A DNA stretch of 64,000 nt from Psammoneis japonica (taxonomy: Eukaryota), in the NCBI GenBank assembly GCA_008632985.1, contig QPGO01000298.1, positions 1-64,000 of the forward strand, in the 5' to 3' direction. A program made the translations under genes and the position numbers. The notes beneath the pieces were generated by a model that was not told the DNA's origin, made no database searches, and saw nothing but the letters and a program-made list of their open reading frames with translations. Positions 51,455 to 62,711 of this stretch are shown here, piece by piece. Within the stretch, counting starts at the first letter, position 1. Every line of letters starts with the position of its first letter.

Positions 51455-51760
51455 TGTGTCGTGGCCCGTTTTCACATGCACGAGTGGAGGCTTTGTGCAG
51501 ATTCTGCAACCTGCAGTGTCTTGGTTTCATCAGGGGTCCCCATCATGGTTTCAAGCTGCTGGGCATTGGAAATGTTGAAACTGTTGGACCACATGTGGTG
51601 CGTTCTGTGGCGCCATTTGCCGGAGTGCTTTCGCCTCGATGCTCTGGCCAGGACACCGAGAGAACATGCAGTTTTGCTCAGCAGTGCTCTGACTTCTCAT
51701 GGCAATCAGAGCACTGTCAAATGACACATGTCACCACCAGTCCACATTTCTTTCAGGAGC
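51455..51760 (-). pseudogene. Decayed partial paralog of the adjacent gene (aligns to about 52620-52912)
   Basis: Shared gcaacctgcagtgtc, catcaggggtcc, catcatggtttcaagctg, gaaactgttggacca, ccaggacacc and ctctgacttc, with TA and CG sites converted. Confidence 0.85.
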
Positions 51761-52313
51761 TCATGGTGCTTCGTTCGAAGGTTTTCGAAAATTTTTGGGA
51801 AGTTCTAACGTTCACTGTTTTGTGACGATGTTGTGTGCAGGGGTGCGTGCGTGCGTGCGTTGCGTTTCCCACACAGCATGTACTACATTCATACTGTACC
51901 GTACTGTACATAGACTACAATGACATGCTGAATACGCACCCTTTTCGGATGAACGTCATCATTCAGTATCGGTTTTGTGTGTCATGTACACGACATAACA
52001 AATGGTTGGCGCTCGTCCATTGACGAATTACATTACGAAGTATTTAACAAATAATGATTATGTTTCTATGCATTCATATTAGACACAATTATGTGTCCAC
52101 TATGACATTTATTTGATGTCGCAAGAGTATCGGAAAGTAACAAAACAAGTAGTACTTTCTGTGCGATACTCAACTGAAATCCCGCTTTTGGACTCCTTTG
52201 AGTCACAAGATCACAAGTGCATTGAATTGACGACTCAAACTTGCTTCAACCGTACATACAGTAGAGAGGTACATACCGACTGTTTTCCACTCTTTATCCG
52301 TCATCCAGCTGAA

Positions 52314-53656
52314 TCATAAAATACAATTCGTCTGAAAAATGGTGTGAAGCATCGCGCAGAAGAATACAGTTTTTGAGGCCATCACGAGCTTCCAACTGCT
52401 GGAGGAGTCGAGTGACGACGGACTTGCAGTCGGAAGTGGTTGACTGGGTTTCGGTGATCCTGGACTTGTAGAAGGCGCGTCAGAGTTAAGCGCATTGGAG
52501 TCTGGTACATCAGAGAAGGTGGGTGAAACTGAGGGTGCCGGTGTTGGAGCTGATGAGGGCTCGTCAGACTCTTCGAGTGCAGCATCATAGTAGTCCTCGC
52601 AAGTGTTTATTAGAGCAGGATTTTCGTAGTTCATTTTGGTGTACATCAGTGGTGGCTTTTTAGATTCGGCAACCTGCAGTGTCTCGTTTCCATCAGGGGT
52701 CCACATCATGGTTTCAAGCTGTCGGGCGTTGGGAACATTGAAACTGTTGGACCATACGTAGCAAGCGGTGGCGCCACTCGTTAGTGCGCTTTCGACGCTC
52801 TGACCAGGACACCTTGAGAACATGTAGTTTCGCTTAGTACTCTGACTTCGCATAATAATTAGAGTGCCGTCGAATGACATGTCGCCGCCGGTCCACCTTT
52901 CGCTCAGGAGCGCATCACTAGTGTTGTACGAGCCGACGGCTTCCACGGTATAACGAGTGGTTCGATTTTGCCAAGCTGATACCGGAATGCGGTACAAGCG
53001 AGTCTTGTCAAAGTCTTGATTACTTTTGCTGACAACGTAGAGATCACCAATCTCATTTCCCTCTCCCCAACCTGTGTGATCCATGAAAACTGTCTCGGCG
53101 TTAACGGACGATGTCGGAGAAGAAGGGTGCTTGTAGTCGTAGTTAAGGTAGTCAACATCAGTCAGCGGTACCTCATCGTTGTCACGAAGGCTTTCGATCC
53201 TGGGCTCTCGAATCCTGATAATGCGATATGTGTTGCGACGTTTACGGTTGTCGCCGATATCTGCAATATAAATACAAGTCTCGCCAGGGTAAGACGCACC
53301 GCATGTTCCAGTGGTCATGTCCTCCCAATCCCCATGTTCTGGGACACTGTCTAGTTTGAAGTGCGAAGACGCTCGCCCGTTGAAGAATCAAAGACAGCAA
53401 GACGTCTGTTCCCGCCGTCGTTTATCGCAAACAACAAAAGAGCACCTGTGTCTGGATTACGTTGAGTTTGTGAAATACCGATACCGGAAATCTCTTTGAA
53501 ACTGGGGCCGTTTGGATCATCTATCGTGAGAAGAGTGCTAGTGTCTGCTTCACCAATTTGAGGACAAATCACATTAGCAGATTGAACACTTCCAAACGAC
53601 ATTAACGTCAGATGGAAGAGAATTACTAAGCTACGGCAGCAACAGACCACCCTCAT
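52314..53656 (-). CDS. Secreted beta-propeller-like protein of a bacterial-type family, with P/S/T stalk and hydrophobic tail; one frameshift at about 53360
   Basis: Signal peptide, then EISGI, AINDGG, DWEDM, IYIADIGDN, NAET, DLYVVSK and TGGDMSFDG. Adding one T (ACT T[T]C AAA CTA GAC) fuses ORFs 53351-53698 and 52314-53318. Confidence 0.75.
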
Positions 53657-54402
53657 GGTACCGTAAAAAAATGCTGTCGTAATTTGCAACAAGTTCAAAA
53701 ATTTTGCGCAGAACTTTTTGGCTGTGGCTCACTTTTCCGGCATACGAATTTCAATCGATTCCACATGAACGTAGAAACTGATCCTTCTGCCCGCCAAAAT
53801 TCCCACCACGAAAAGTCTCGGGTTATGATGTGGCACATGACGTCAGGGTCAAGGTTGCCAATGGACGGATGTGACGTCGTCCAGTCTTGGTCCAGTCTAC
53901 CGTCTACCGTTACAGCCCTACTTCTCAACTCTGTGTACTGAAGTCGTAGCTCTAGAGTTACACTCTCTAGGGCCCTCTTTCTCTCTCTAGAGATGGAGTA
54001 TTCATAGCTAGTACTTTAGAGATAGTGGTGTGGCACCTCTGCGACAACTACGTACCGTTAGGACCGCTGCAGTATGGGGGAGTAGGGCTAGGTTACGGTA
54101 TGGTAGAGAGCATCGATCGTCGCACCGATTTTTTTTACGACAACACAACGGTGCGTCGTACTTTATCCGTGTAAACAGTCTCGTCTAGTCGTCGACGGAG
54201 GAGGTCGAATGCGATGACGAGGGTGAGGTCATCGACGACATGCGGTGAGAATTCGACAATTGCTTTCCATACGTAATCGGGACGGACAAGCTACTAACTA
54301 GCCACGATTGGTGAAGCAGAGCAAAACTTTGCCCTAACCCAACCTGGTAAACACACCATCTCTATCGTCTTTTCTTCCTATTGTTCTTCTACTATTTTTA
54401 GT

Positions 54403-55253
54403 TTAGGCGTACGGATTACCACCGGAATAGACTGTTTGATAAAACTCAATTGTTTCAAAAATGGTCTTGTGATTCACTAGCTCTTGAGCACACATACCAG
54501 CCCATCCCAACATGGCCAACCGTCCATGAGAGAGCTCTTTGGTTTGCATTCGTTGAAACGCGTAATTTTCTGTGGGCTTCAATCCCAAAGGATCAAAACC
54601 CAAATCGCCCGGGTAGTAGGAGTCCCTAAGAGTCCATAGCGTCTTGGAACCAATGCGAAACGTGGGTTCGACCCATCCCTTTTTCGCGCGATACAATTCA
54701 GCTGCCGCAATTACAGTTGTCAATAAAGCAAATGCAGGAGCTGGAACTTGTTGTAGTTGATCGTTGGCGGGTCCAAGAATGTGAAATGGTCCACTGACCG
54801 CCTCTCCAGCCAAGTACCCACAACGGCAACCATGGCTACTCGACCGTGCTGAACTTCAGCCTCACGCAGTCGCTTTGCGTCATTCAGTGGCAGTCCTTGT
54901 CGGGCAAAGCCAAGAGGATCAAAGAATCCAGTGGGAGCAATTGCGCCTGGAAGTCCCCATAGAGCGTAGTCTTCTTTCGGAACCCAGCCGTTGATAGGTG
55001 CAATGTCAATAGCAACGGCGGAATTAGTGGCCACTACGGCATCAATCATTTGCGTTTCTTCTGGAGGAGACTCGTCGCTTAGAATCTCGTAGTATACGTC
55101 ATCTTCGGTATCCTTTGCTGGTTCTTGTTCCGAGGGAGAGGACGAAAGGATGCTCGACGACAGATGCGCATGCTTTGGTTGTTGAGACGACACAAAGCCC
55201 GAGGCTTGAGCCGTCAAAAATGCAGATACGGCGAAGAATAAAGAACGGTTCAT
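54403..55253 (-). CDS. Lhcx: Lhcx (LI818/LHCSR-like) light-harvesting protein; one frameshift at about 54818
   Basis: Signal peptide with ASG-F cleavage motif. GFFDPLGF, LREAEVQHGRVAM, GWVEP, LRDSYYPGDLGFDPLGLKP, QTKELSHGRLAML and AQELV. Adding one base in the GGG run restores VVGYLAGEA. Confidence 0.88.
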
Positions 55254-55410
55254 TGTGCGTTTCAAATGTAACTTTGTGAGGTCGTTCTGTTGTTGCGTTC
55301 ATGGTGGCGAGGCATCACCACCTCACAAGTCGTCATCGCTTGCCGATTTGGTCCGATTTTGTGAGTCAGGTCAGTCGTCGGAGGTCGGAGGGAGTTTTCA
55401 GATAAAAAAC

Positions 55411-56066
55411 ATATGAGTTAGCCGGGGTAGGGCTAGTTGGTCGCGCACGTTTGGGTTCGATGTGATGAGCAACTAGCCATACCCTGCAGGAAGAGCTGTT
55501 GCTGGCGCGCGAGCAGAAGCAACAAAGCAAAGAACACGGCGTGGGTCAAAACGTTGTAAAATGACGCAACAACAAGCAACGAGAAGAAACCCAACTTGAC
55601 CCATGAATACAGCGCATACATATTGTCCAACCACTTCAATAGTATCTCGTATTCCCAACTTGTAGATGAGGGGACGGCGTTCGCGTTTCTCGCCATGGTG
55701 TTGTTGTGCGTTATCGTGTTGTTTGCGCGCGAAGAACACGGGATCTATTTATCCGATAGTGACTCTGTTTTGGTAATAGTAGATTTTTTACTATATTCAA
55801 TACAGATTCTAAAATGTGTTTCGGGGTGTTCCTCACTTTTTTGAATTTGGGTATGTATATTTTAAAGACCTAAGAAATGTTAATGATATGTAAAACCCTA
55901 AGAGACCTACATAAATTTATGTTCCATGTAGACCGCGTAGATTGTGTACCGGCGGAAAATCCACCGCCTGTCAACTCATCAGTAGTAATTCTACGTATAT
56001 TCTACTTACACCTCACACACGCACACACGCCTACACAGTCTAATAACCGCGCACACGTGCGCGAGA
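55411..56066. mobile_element. Intact, TA-rich copy of the short non-autonomous repeat (about 655 bp) with a terminal hairpin
   Basis: Homologous to 32524-32628 plus 34823-35449. Stem gggtagggctagttg...caactagccataccc lies near the left end. Confidence 0.8.
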
Positions 56067-56329
56067 TAAGGCTATGGACATACTATTTCGTTTTTACTCC
56101 TTAATGTTTATACGTGACCGAAGAATAATATTGAAAAATCAAAAAATCAAAAAATCAAAAAATTCGGGATTCGCAATCCCCTTGCTGCGATGACGATGAC
56201 TGGCGAAACGAGAAGCCTCCTGCTGTCACACGACATGAGCCACTCAACGCAACAATTTATCAAACAACGACCTTCGATCAATGGAACAAAGGTCGAACCT
56301 CCTCCAACTACAAAAGGGATGATCGCAAA

Positions 56330-58155
56330 AGTGAGAATGAAAAAGACCAGCAACTCCTTTCCATTGCGACTGGAACTGCAGTTGATTGTCGCCGTTGCAG
56401 CTCCACCCCGCATGAGAGCAGAGTGCAATTTGTGCCCACCAGAATCCTTGTTATTTGCAGATCGGATTGTTCCATTGTCCGGCTACAACACGCCTCCACC
56501 CCCTCAAACTTGTCAAGAAGCCTCACACAAGCCTTGCTTTTTGACAAAACCACTGCTGATTGCACAGAGTTTGTCTCGGTCCATCAACTTTTCTGCTGCA
56601 GCAATGTGCAACCACCAGGCTGCTTGCTTTGCCCCAACAGAGACACTCCACTTCTTCTGGACCACATTGATGTTGTGGTTGATGATTTGTCAACGAAGTT
56701 GGTGGAGGAGGGGGGTTGGACAATTGCGGCCAGCACTGGCATGGCTTTGCCGTCAAGTTTGAAAAAGAAGTGCGACAAGTTCAATGACCTGCTGGGACAA
56801 CTCTCAACAAGAGCATGGGATGACTTTGTCTTCCAAAAGCTCTGAGCCTTCTGGGTAGAGTTGACAGTTCCCAAATCCCATCGGTGGCACTGCCCCATTG
56901 CAGCCACACCAAAACGGAGCAGGTGAAGTCACCACACGTGGAACCACCGGAAGGCCATGGAGAATGTTCCCTTTGCCCCAAAGGCTCAACGCTTTTGAAC
57001 ACTGGCTTGATGCCAGATTTTTATGGCTTGTGCAATTTGGAATCTTCTGCTCTTCGTGTTGGCAACGAAGAGTGTGGGAATTTCCGAGCAGCTCACGGAA
57101 TTGGCCAAGTCATGTGTTGCAAAGATGTCGAACCACCAGGATGTTTTCTGTGTCCAGATCAAGGCGAGTTCAAAAGGCACTTTAATTTTCCCATTGCTCT
57201 TTCTGCTGGGGCATCTTGCAACTCTTGCATGGATCTTTTCAGGGACGCGCTGGCCAATTGTGACGAGGCTCAATGCACGGACTTGGAAAGCTCTGGTGCC
57301 TCATTTCTTTGTGGCTGCGAAGGAGCAACCGATCCTGCCTCTAGGACATGGCAACTGTGGCCCACATCTTTGTCCAGAGGGAGTGGAGCTCTGGAGTGAC
57401 TGTTTTCAGTTTGGTGGAAATCCATTTGTGAACTCATGTGGTGATGCCGAGGCCGAATTAGCGCGCGTTTCCGATGATGAATGTGAGAGTTTTTCAGACC
57501 GCTTTCGGCCGTTTTGTTGCCGAGGCTTTGAACCCAGAGGCTGTTTCCTTTGTCCCAGTGGAAACTGTTCCATTGTCACTTGCATTGATGGAGGGATGTC
57601 CATCACAATTGGGAATTTTACAACTTCCAGCTGCCAAGAGTTAGATCAGAAAGCAGCCTCATCCTTCATGGCTGAACAATGTCAAGAACTCGCGTCCTCA
57701 GATGCTGCTTGGCAATGTGGCTGTTGGGAGAGTGTCACTTTGGTGACTCCTTCACTGGCAATGCCCACTCCATCTGCTTCCAAGCCAACAACTGCGTCAC
57801 CTTCTGTGCTCAAGTTCCAACAACCCCCATCCCGACCACTCTCTCGCCAACGTCGTGCGCTCCAACTGCTGTCACGCCAGCAACTGTGCTCCCCTCTGCC
57901 CCAGTTCCAGCAACACCCATCCCATCCACCCTCTCCCCAACAACCCCCGAACCGACTGCCACTTTTCAGCCAGCAGTGACTGAGCCCCCTTCACCCTCTG
58001 CTCAAGCAGCAAATGCAACGGATTCTCCTGCCACGACAGCGACTCCGCCTTCCGCCACTCTGTCACCGACGACTTCTCATGCTCTTGTTGTTTCATCCAT
58101 GATGGAGATTCAGTCAATCCTTGTTCCTTGTTGGGTGGTGCAAATTTCCATGTAG
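56330..58155 (+). pseudogene. Decayed cysteine-repeat cell-surface protein gene with P/T/S stalk
   Basis: Repeated C(N/S/F)LCP...CC..VEPPGCFLCP modules spread across frames. C-terminal PT-rich stalk and hydrophobic tail. Many frameshifts and TGA stops; TA nearly absent. Confidence 0.65.
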
Positions 58156-58543
58156 AAAGTTCACTGTCTCTAACATGGGGTTGTGACCAAGTTTGTCTGG
58201 CTCCAACAAGTGCAAATGTTGGAATTCCTGGCCATTGTTCCTTTTAATTTGATCAATTCAAATGTCATCGGACTGTCATCCACTCCATGGATGATCTGCA
58301 TCTCCAAATGCCTCAGCATCGTCAGGGTCTGGGATTGGGAAAATCACAACATTCACTCCATCCGGAGTGGCAGGATGGAGGCCGCCACACTGATGGGTGC
58401 ACCTCCGTGGGATTGCACCTGCAAATCGCAAGTGCCCACCGCTGCTTTGTGCACACAGACCCACTTGTTGTCCGCCACACTGATGGCACGACAGTGTTCC
58501 ATTGGACCACCTGGACATTGCATCTGTGCCAAGGACAAGTGTC

Positions 58544-59460
58544 TCATCTAAGGTCTTGCTCCTCCCTGCCCTGGAGCTGTCCTGTTGCCAGAGCTCGACG
58601 ACAGAGCTGCGCTCCCTCGCGATTCTCTCCCAACAAACAGTGGGCCGCCGCAGCCTGCATGATGTGACTGGCATTCTCTGGATCACATTCCATCAATGCC
58701 ATGGCGGCCCGGCGATGAACCTCGAGCCTTGGTCCATCACCCGAATCAACATCAATGGCTTCAGCACGGGCATGTCTGCACACTCCCACTGAGGCTTCAA
58801 TTGACAATTCCCGGTGTTGCGGCGTGTCCGCACTAATTTGGAGTGCCCACTTGAGCGCTTCCCCTGGATTTCCTCCTGCCATGCAGCACGTGCAACACGT
58901 GTCACACCTTGACTCATTGATCCTTGGACAATTGTCCAGGAGCATTGGCGCGACTTTTTGCACAATGGACCATGCTTCCTTGGGTCGCTTTCCAACCTCA
59001 CGCAACAAATTGGCACAGGTTGAGCTCATTTTAGTGTCCTCCGGCCATCGCTCGCAGTTCTGCGGCATGACGCTGTGCTGTGTTCTTGTGCAAGTCACAT
59101 TTCTGGTTCGACTTCTTTCGCAAGTTTTCACCCTTGATGCAACGCGTCAAGGGTGGATTGACCAAATGAGCCTGTGGCGACAAACTTTCGTCTTCAGCAC
59201 TCGCCTCTGGTTTGTGACAAGCAGTGCATGGATGAGCACCGGGTGTCGTTGTACATTGTTTGAGTCTGGCGACGGACTGTTGAGAATCACACCAGACCCT
59301 CCATTCAGTGCCTTTCCTTGCTCACTCTCAAGTCCTGTGATTGTCACAAGCGTGGATGTGGCGATGACGTCTTCGTTCTCCATTGCTGTTCTAAAGAGGA
59401 GGAGGCACACAATCTCTCTGGTAGAAGCATCATACAAAAGCTGTGTGATTGGCCTCTGGT
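58544..59460 (-). pseudogene. Decayed host-type gene fragment
   Basis: LVTITGLESEQGKALNGGSGVI...RHPVLI resembles the V.I.GL....LNG..G.....GRY.V module common in algal MYND/TPR proteins, with Y->H. Confidence 0.45.
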
Positions 59461-59546
59461 GATCAGCAGTGATCCACTCCCGGCTTGGGAGGTGGTGGCA
59501 GTGATCCGATTTTGAGAGATCTGTCATGACGAAAGTTGTGAAAACC

Positions 59547-60988
59547 GATTCTCAAGAATCCGGGTGCCGATTCTTAAGAATCTGATTTCCGTTGAACGCA
59601 AAATTCGAGCTCGATGTGCGTGCTCAACGGACGATTCACAAGTTCCGCCGTCCTGTTTTCTTGGGGGGGTCATCCCCGCGTTTGTCCCAAAATTGCCGCT
59701 GCATTTGAATGAGGTTTTTTGTGGTGTTTATTTTTGAATGCAAGAATTGTTCACAGTCACACCTGATCGCGCACGAAAACGAGAACCATCACCACCGCGA
59801 CCGAAGCACGACGATGATGACAATCATCGACATTTCTCAAAAACGCAGTTTGCCGTCTACCAACTTTTCATGCATGTGCAATCTTTGACACATGACAAAC
59901 ATAAAATGAATGAGAGTTGGCAGACGGACCACCTCCGTCACAGACTTGTGGCTTGTTGTTTTCACCGCGGTGAAGCACGGTGAAATTCAGGAAAAATCAT
60001 GCAAAATGCGAGCTGTTCGGCCGAATTCGAGCTAAAACAAGTGGCAACCGACCACCCTTAAGAATCGAAGTTCGATTCTTGAGAATGGCTGTCACTGATT
60101 CTTGTGAAAACTCCTGACACATCATTCATTCACCAATTTAAAATTGTGGCGTCACGTGCATTTAACCCCAAAAGAATGGATGTGAATGTAAAGCGATTTT
60201 CGTAAAGACTTCAAAGCTGTGAACGACAATGGCGGCTTTGATGCAAGAAGCGACACCATTCAAGACATTGCGATGAACACTTCAACCTCATTTGACAGTG
60301 CTCAGTTTGTGACACTTGTGAGAGTCTTGCTGTGCTTTGAAAGCCGCTCTGGAGTCGAAAAAACCGTCGAAACACTCATGCGCCGATGTTGTTGTCATGC
60401 TCTCTCGACCGAAAAAGCAATGAAGAAGTCAATTCTTCTCAGATTTTTCGATTCATTAACATGCAAGCTGTCAAGATGCAACACATGGTTGATTGTTGGG
60501 ACTGTTGATTGACTTCTCGTTGACAATGATCGCCATTTTGACTTTGGATTCATGTGACAGATTTTTCACAAGAGTTCCCTTTTCACAAGATTCCAATTCG
60601 TGGCACGAGCTCCGATTCTCAAGAATCGATTTTCACAACAATGGCAATCTTTCGCGCTGTAGAGTCATTGCGTAGAAATCATGTGGGACAGTGCCAAGTC
60701 AAGTCTGTCTGTCTGTCCTTAGTGAATTTTAACTTTGCGAAAAATGGATTTGACTGTTTTCTGATCAGGCGCATTTTTCTTCAACACATTTGCAAAAACA
60801 CGCCTGACCCGACAACAGTCAAGTCCATTTTTGCACAAATTGTGTGAACATGACAGTTTCAGTGCAAAAATGTGTGGATTCTACAGGCGTCCTTAATTAA
60901 TTTGTGGGTCACACGTCACGGGTCATTTTCAAAAGATTCCCATTGATTCGGTCTCCGATTCTTCAAGAATCGTCGATTCTCAAGAATC
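59547..60988. repeat. Non-coding element carrying 7 copies of the palindrome GATTCTTAAGAATC or variants
   Basis: Copies at 59547, 59569, 60057 (partial), 60074, 60614, 60957 and 60975. Confidence 0.8.
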
Positions 60989-62711
60989 GTCGTAACAGAT
61001 CCAATGGATCCACAAGTCGTCGTGTGTCGTGCGTGTGTGTGTGTTGTTCGTGGGTGCATGTCCGTCCTTCGTCTCAGGCGAGGAAGGCCTGTGCACCCGC
61101 GTCGCACCCCGTCCCCTCAGGTGCTGTTGTCAAGGTTTTTTCCGCACTTTGGGTGCAATTGTGACACTCAACTATGGCCACAATTCTTGTTTCGCAATCA
61201 TGACGAGAGAAGCTTGATTGTCACTTGCTTCATTGTGCCAGTTTGTTCTTTGTTTTTCTTGTGTCTTTTTGGGAGACTCTCCTTGCAAGGAGTGGCACAG
61301 CTGGCGAGAGATGTGATCGAGAGACATTCACACATGGGGCAAAGCTGCAAGAAATGTTTTGGGAAATGTGCAGAGAAAGTGCTTCACCCGATGCAACCAA
61401 ACAGTTCAAAGAGAATGCAAGAAACATGATGATGCCATGCACCACTCTCGGGGAGCGCCACTCTCGGGGAGAGACGACTTTCTTGTGTGTGTGCTGCTGG
61501 GCAAAAGTTGCCACTGGCAGCACACACATTTGAACCTCGCTGTTGTGCTGCTTGCACTCTCTCTCTCTCTCTGTCCTGCTTTGATGGTGTGCTGCAGGGG
61601 TGAACAAAAAGCAACAGTGTGCTCTGCCACAAGCCATTTGGACCTGCTCCTGCCTTCGTTGGGCATGCTGCTGTGCTGCTCCCATGCTGCTCCTCCTGCT
61701 GAGGACAATCTTCCTTTGCCCAGTGGCACTTCCAAATGGGGTTGCAGATGGAAACCCTGATCAAGTGTCCTGCTTTTGTGTGTGGTGGTGGCACGTCATC
61801 TCTCTGTCTTCTTCTTCTTGGAGTGCTCTTGCGCAGCTGTGATGATGGCATGCACACACACAAACACCAGACACACCAGCCACTCTGCTTTTCAGAGGCT
61901 CAGATGACAGCTCCACACTCTCTGCAGCAGAGCCACTCTCCATTGTGAGTCCATGCGTTGACCGACATGCGTGCTCGCCACGAACACCAGGTCACCTCAC
62001 AGACTCTCAGAGAATTCAGACAGATGGTGTGTTCTTGTGCCCTCTGGCATGTGTTGTGTAGAAGTCTGTGCACAAACTTTTTTGTGCTTGTAAAAATGTG
62101 ACACATCCACAAGAGCACCGGAACACATTGACTGCTGCATGTGACCCCAGCGCACAGTTTGTCTGCATTCTCCTCTGAGAGTCTGGTGTGAGGTGACCCG
62201 GGTGTGTGAAGTGCACTTGCATCAGTTTTTATGCTCAGACTCATGATGGAATGTACTGCAGAGCAGCAACAAGAGCAAGCAAGAGGTGTGAATCCTGACC
62301 ATGTTGCAAAGGTCACCTGCAGGCAGCCACAGGCTGCTCTGCCAGTTTTTGGAGAAAATTTGCCAAAGAAGACACTGCTGCTGTGTTTCGACGATTTCGA
62401 ACCCCCCCCCAACTCTGCATCATCAAAACCCTTTATGAGCCTGGTTTCCCATGCCCTCTAAGCCAAAGCCAATGAAAATAAGAAAACTGTTCAACATGGA
62501 GAATCAAAAAGGTGGCTTCTCCTGTGGAACCGTGTGCGATGCGGGCAATGCAAGACGAGCGCGACAGACGGACATACAGAAAAAATCGAAAAAGCCGCGA
62601 CGACAACATCCAGAAGCCAGGAGCGATGGCCATGAACCGGCAGCGGCGGCACTTTGTTGAACCCACACAACATCTTTCGACCTACTAGTACCCTCCACTT
62701 ACTGTTCCATC

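Noticed and set aside
54810..54825. Programmed frameshift or pseudogenisation in Lhcx, and at about 53360
   Set aside because: Each is a single missing base in a short homopolymer of an otherwise intact gene. Assembly error is more likely.
55420..55490. tRNA gene or tRNA-derived SINE head (ggctagttgg ... ggttcga)
   Set aside because: The A/B-box-like spacing is too short and no cloverleaf forms. The segment folds better as a single hairpin.
59547..60988. CRISPR array
   Set aside because: The repeats are 14 bp with highly irregular spacing, there are no cas genes, and the context is eukaryotic.
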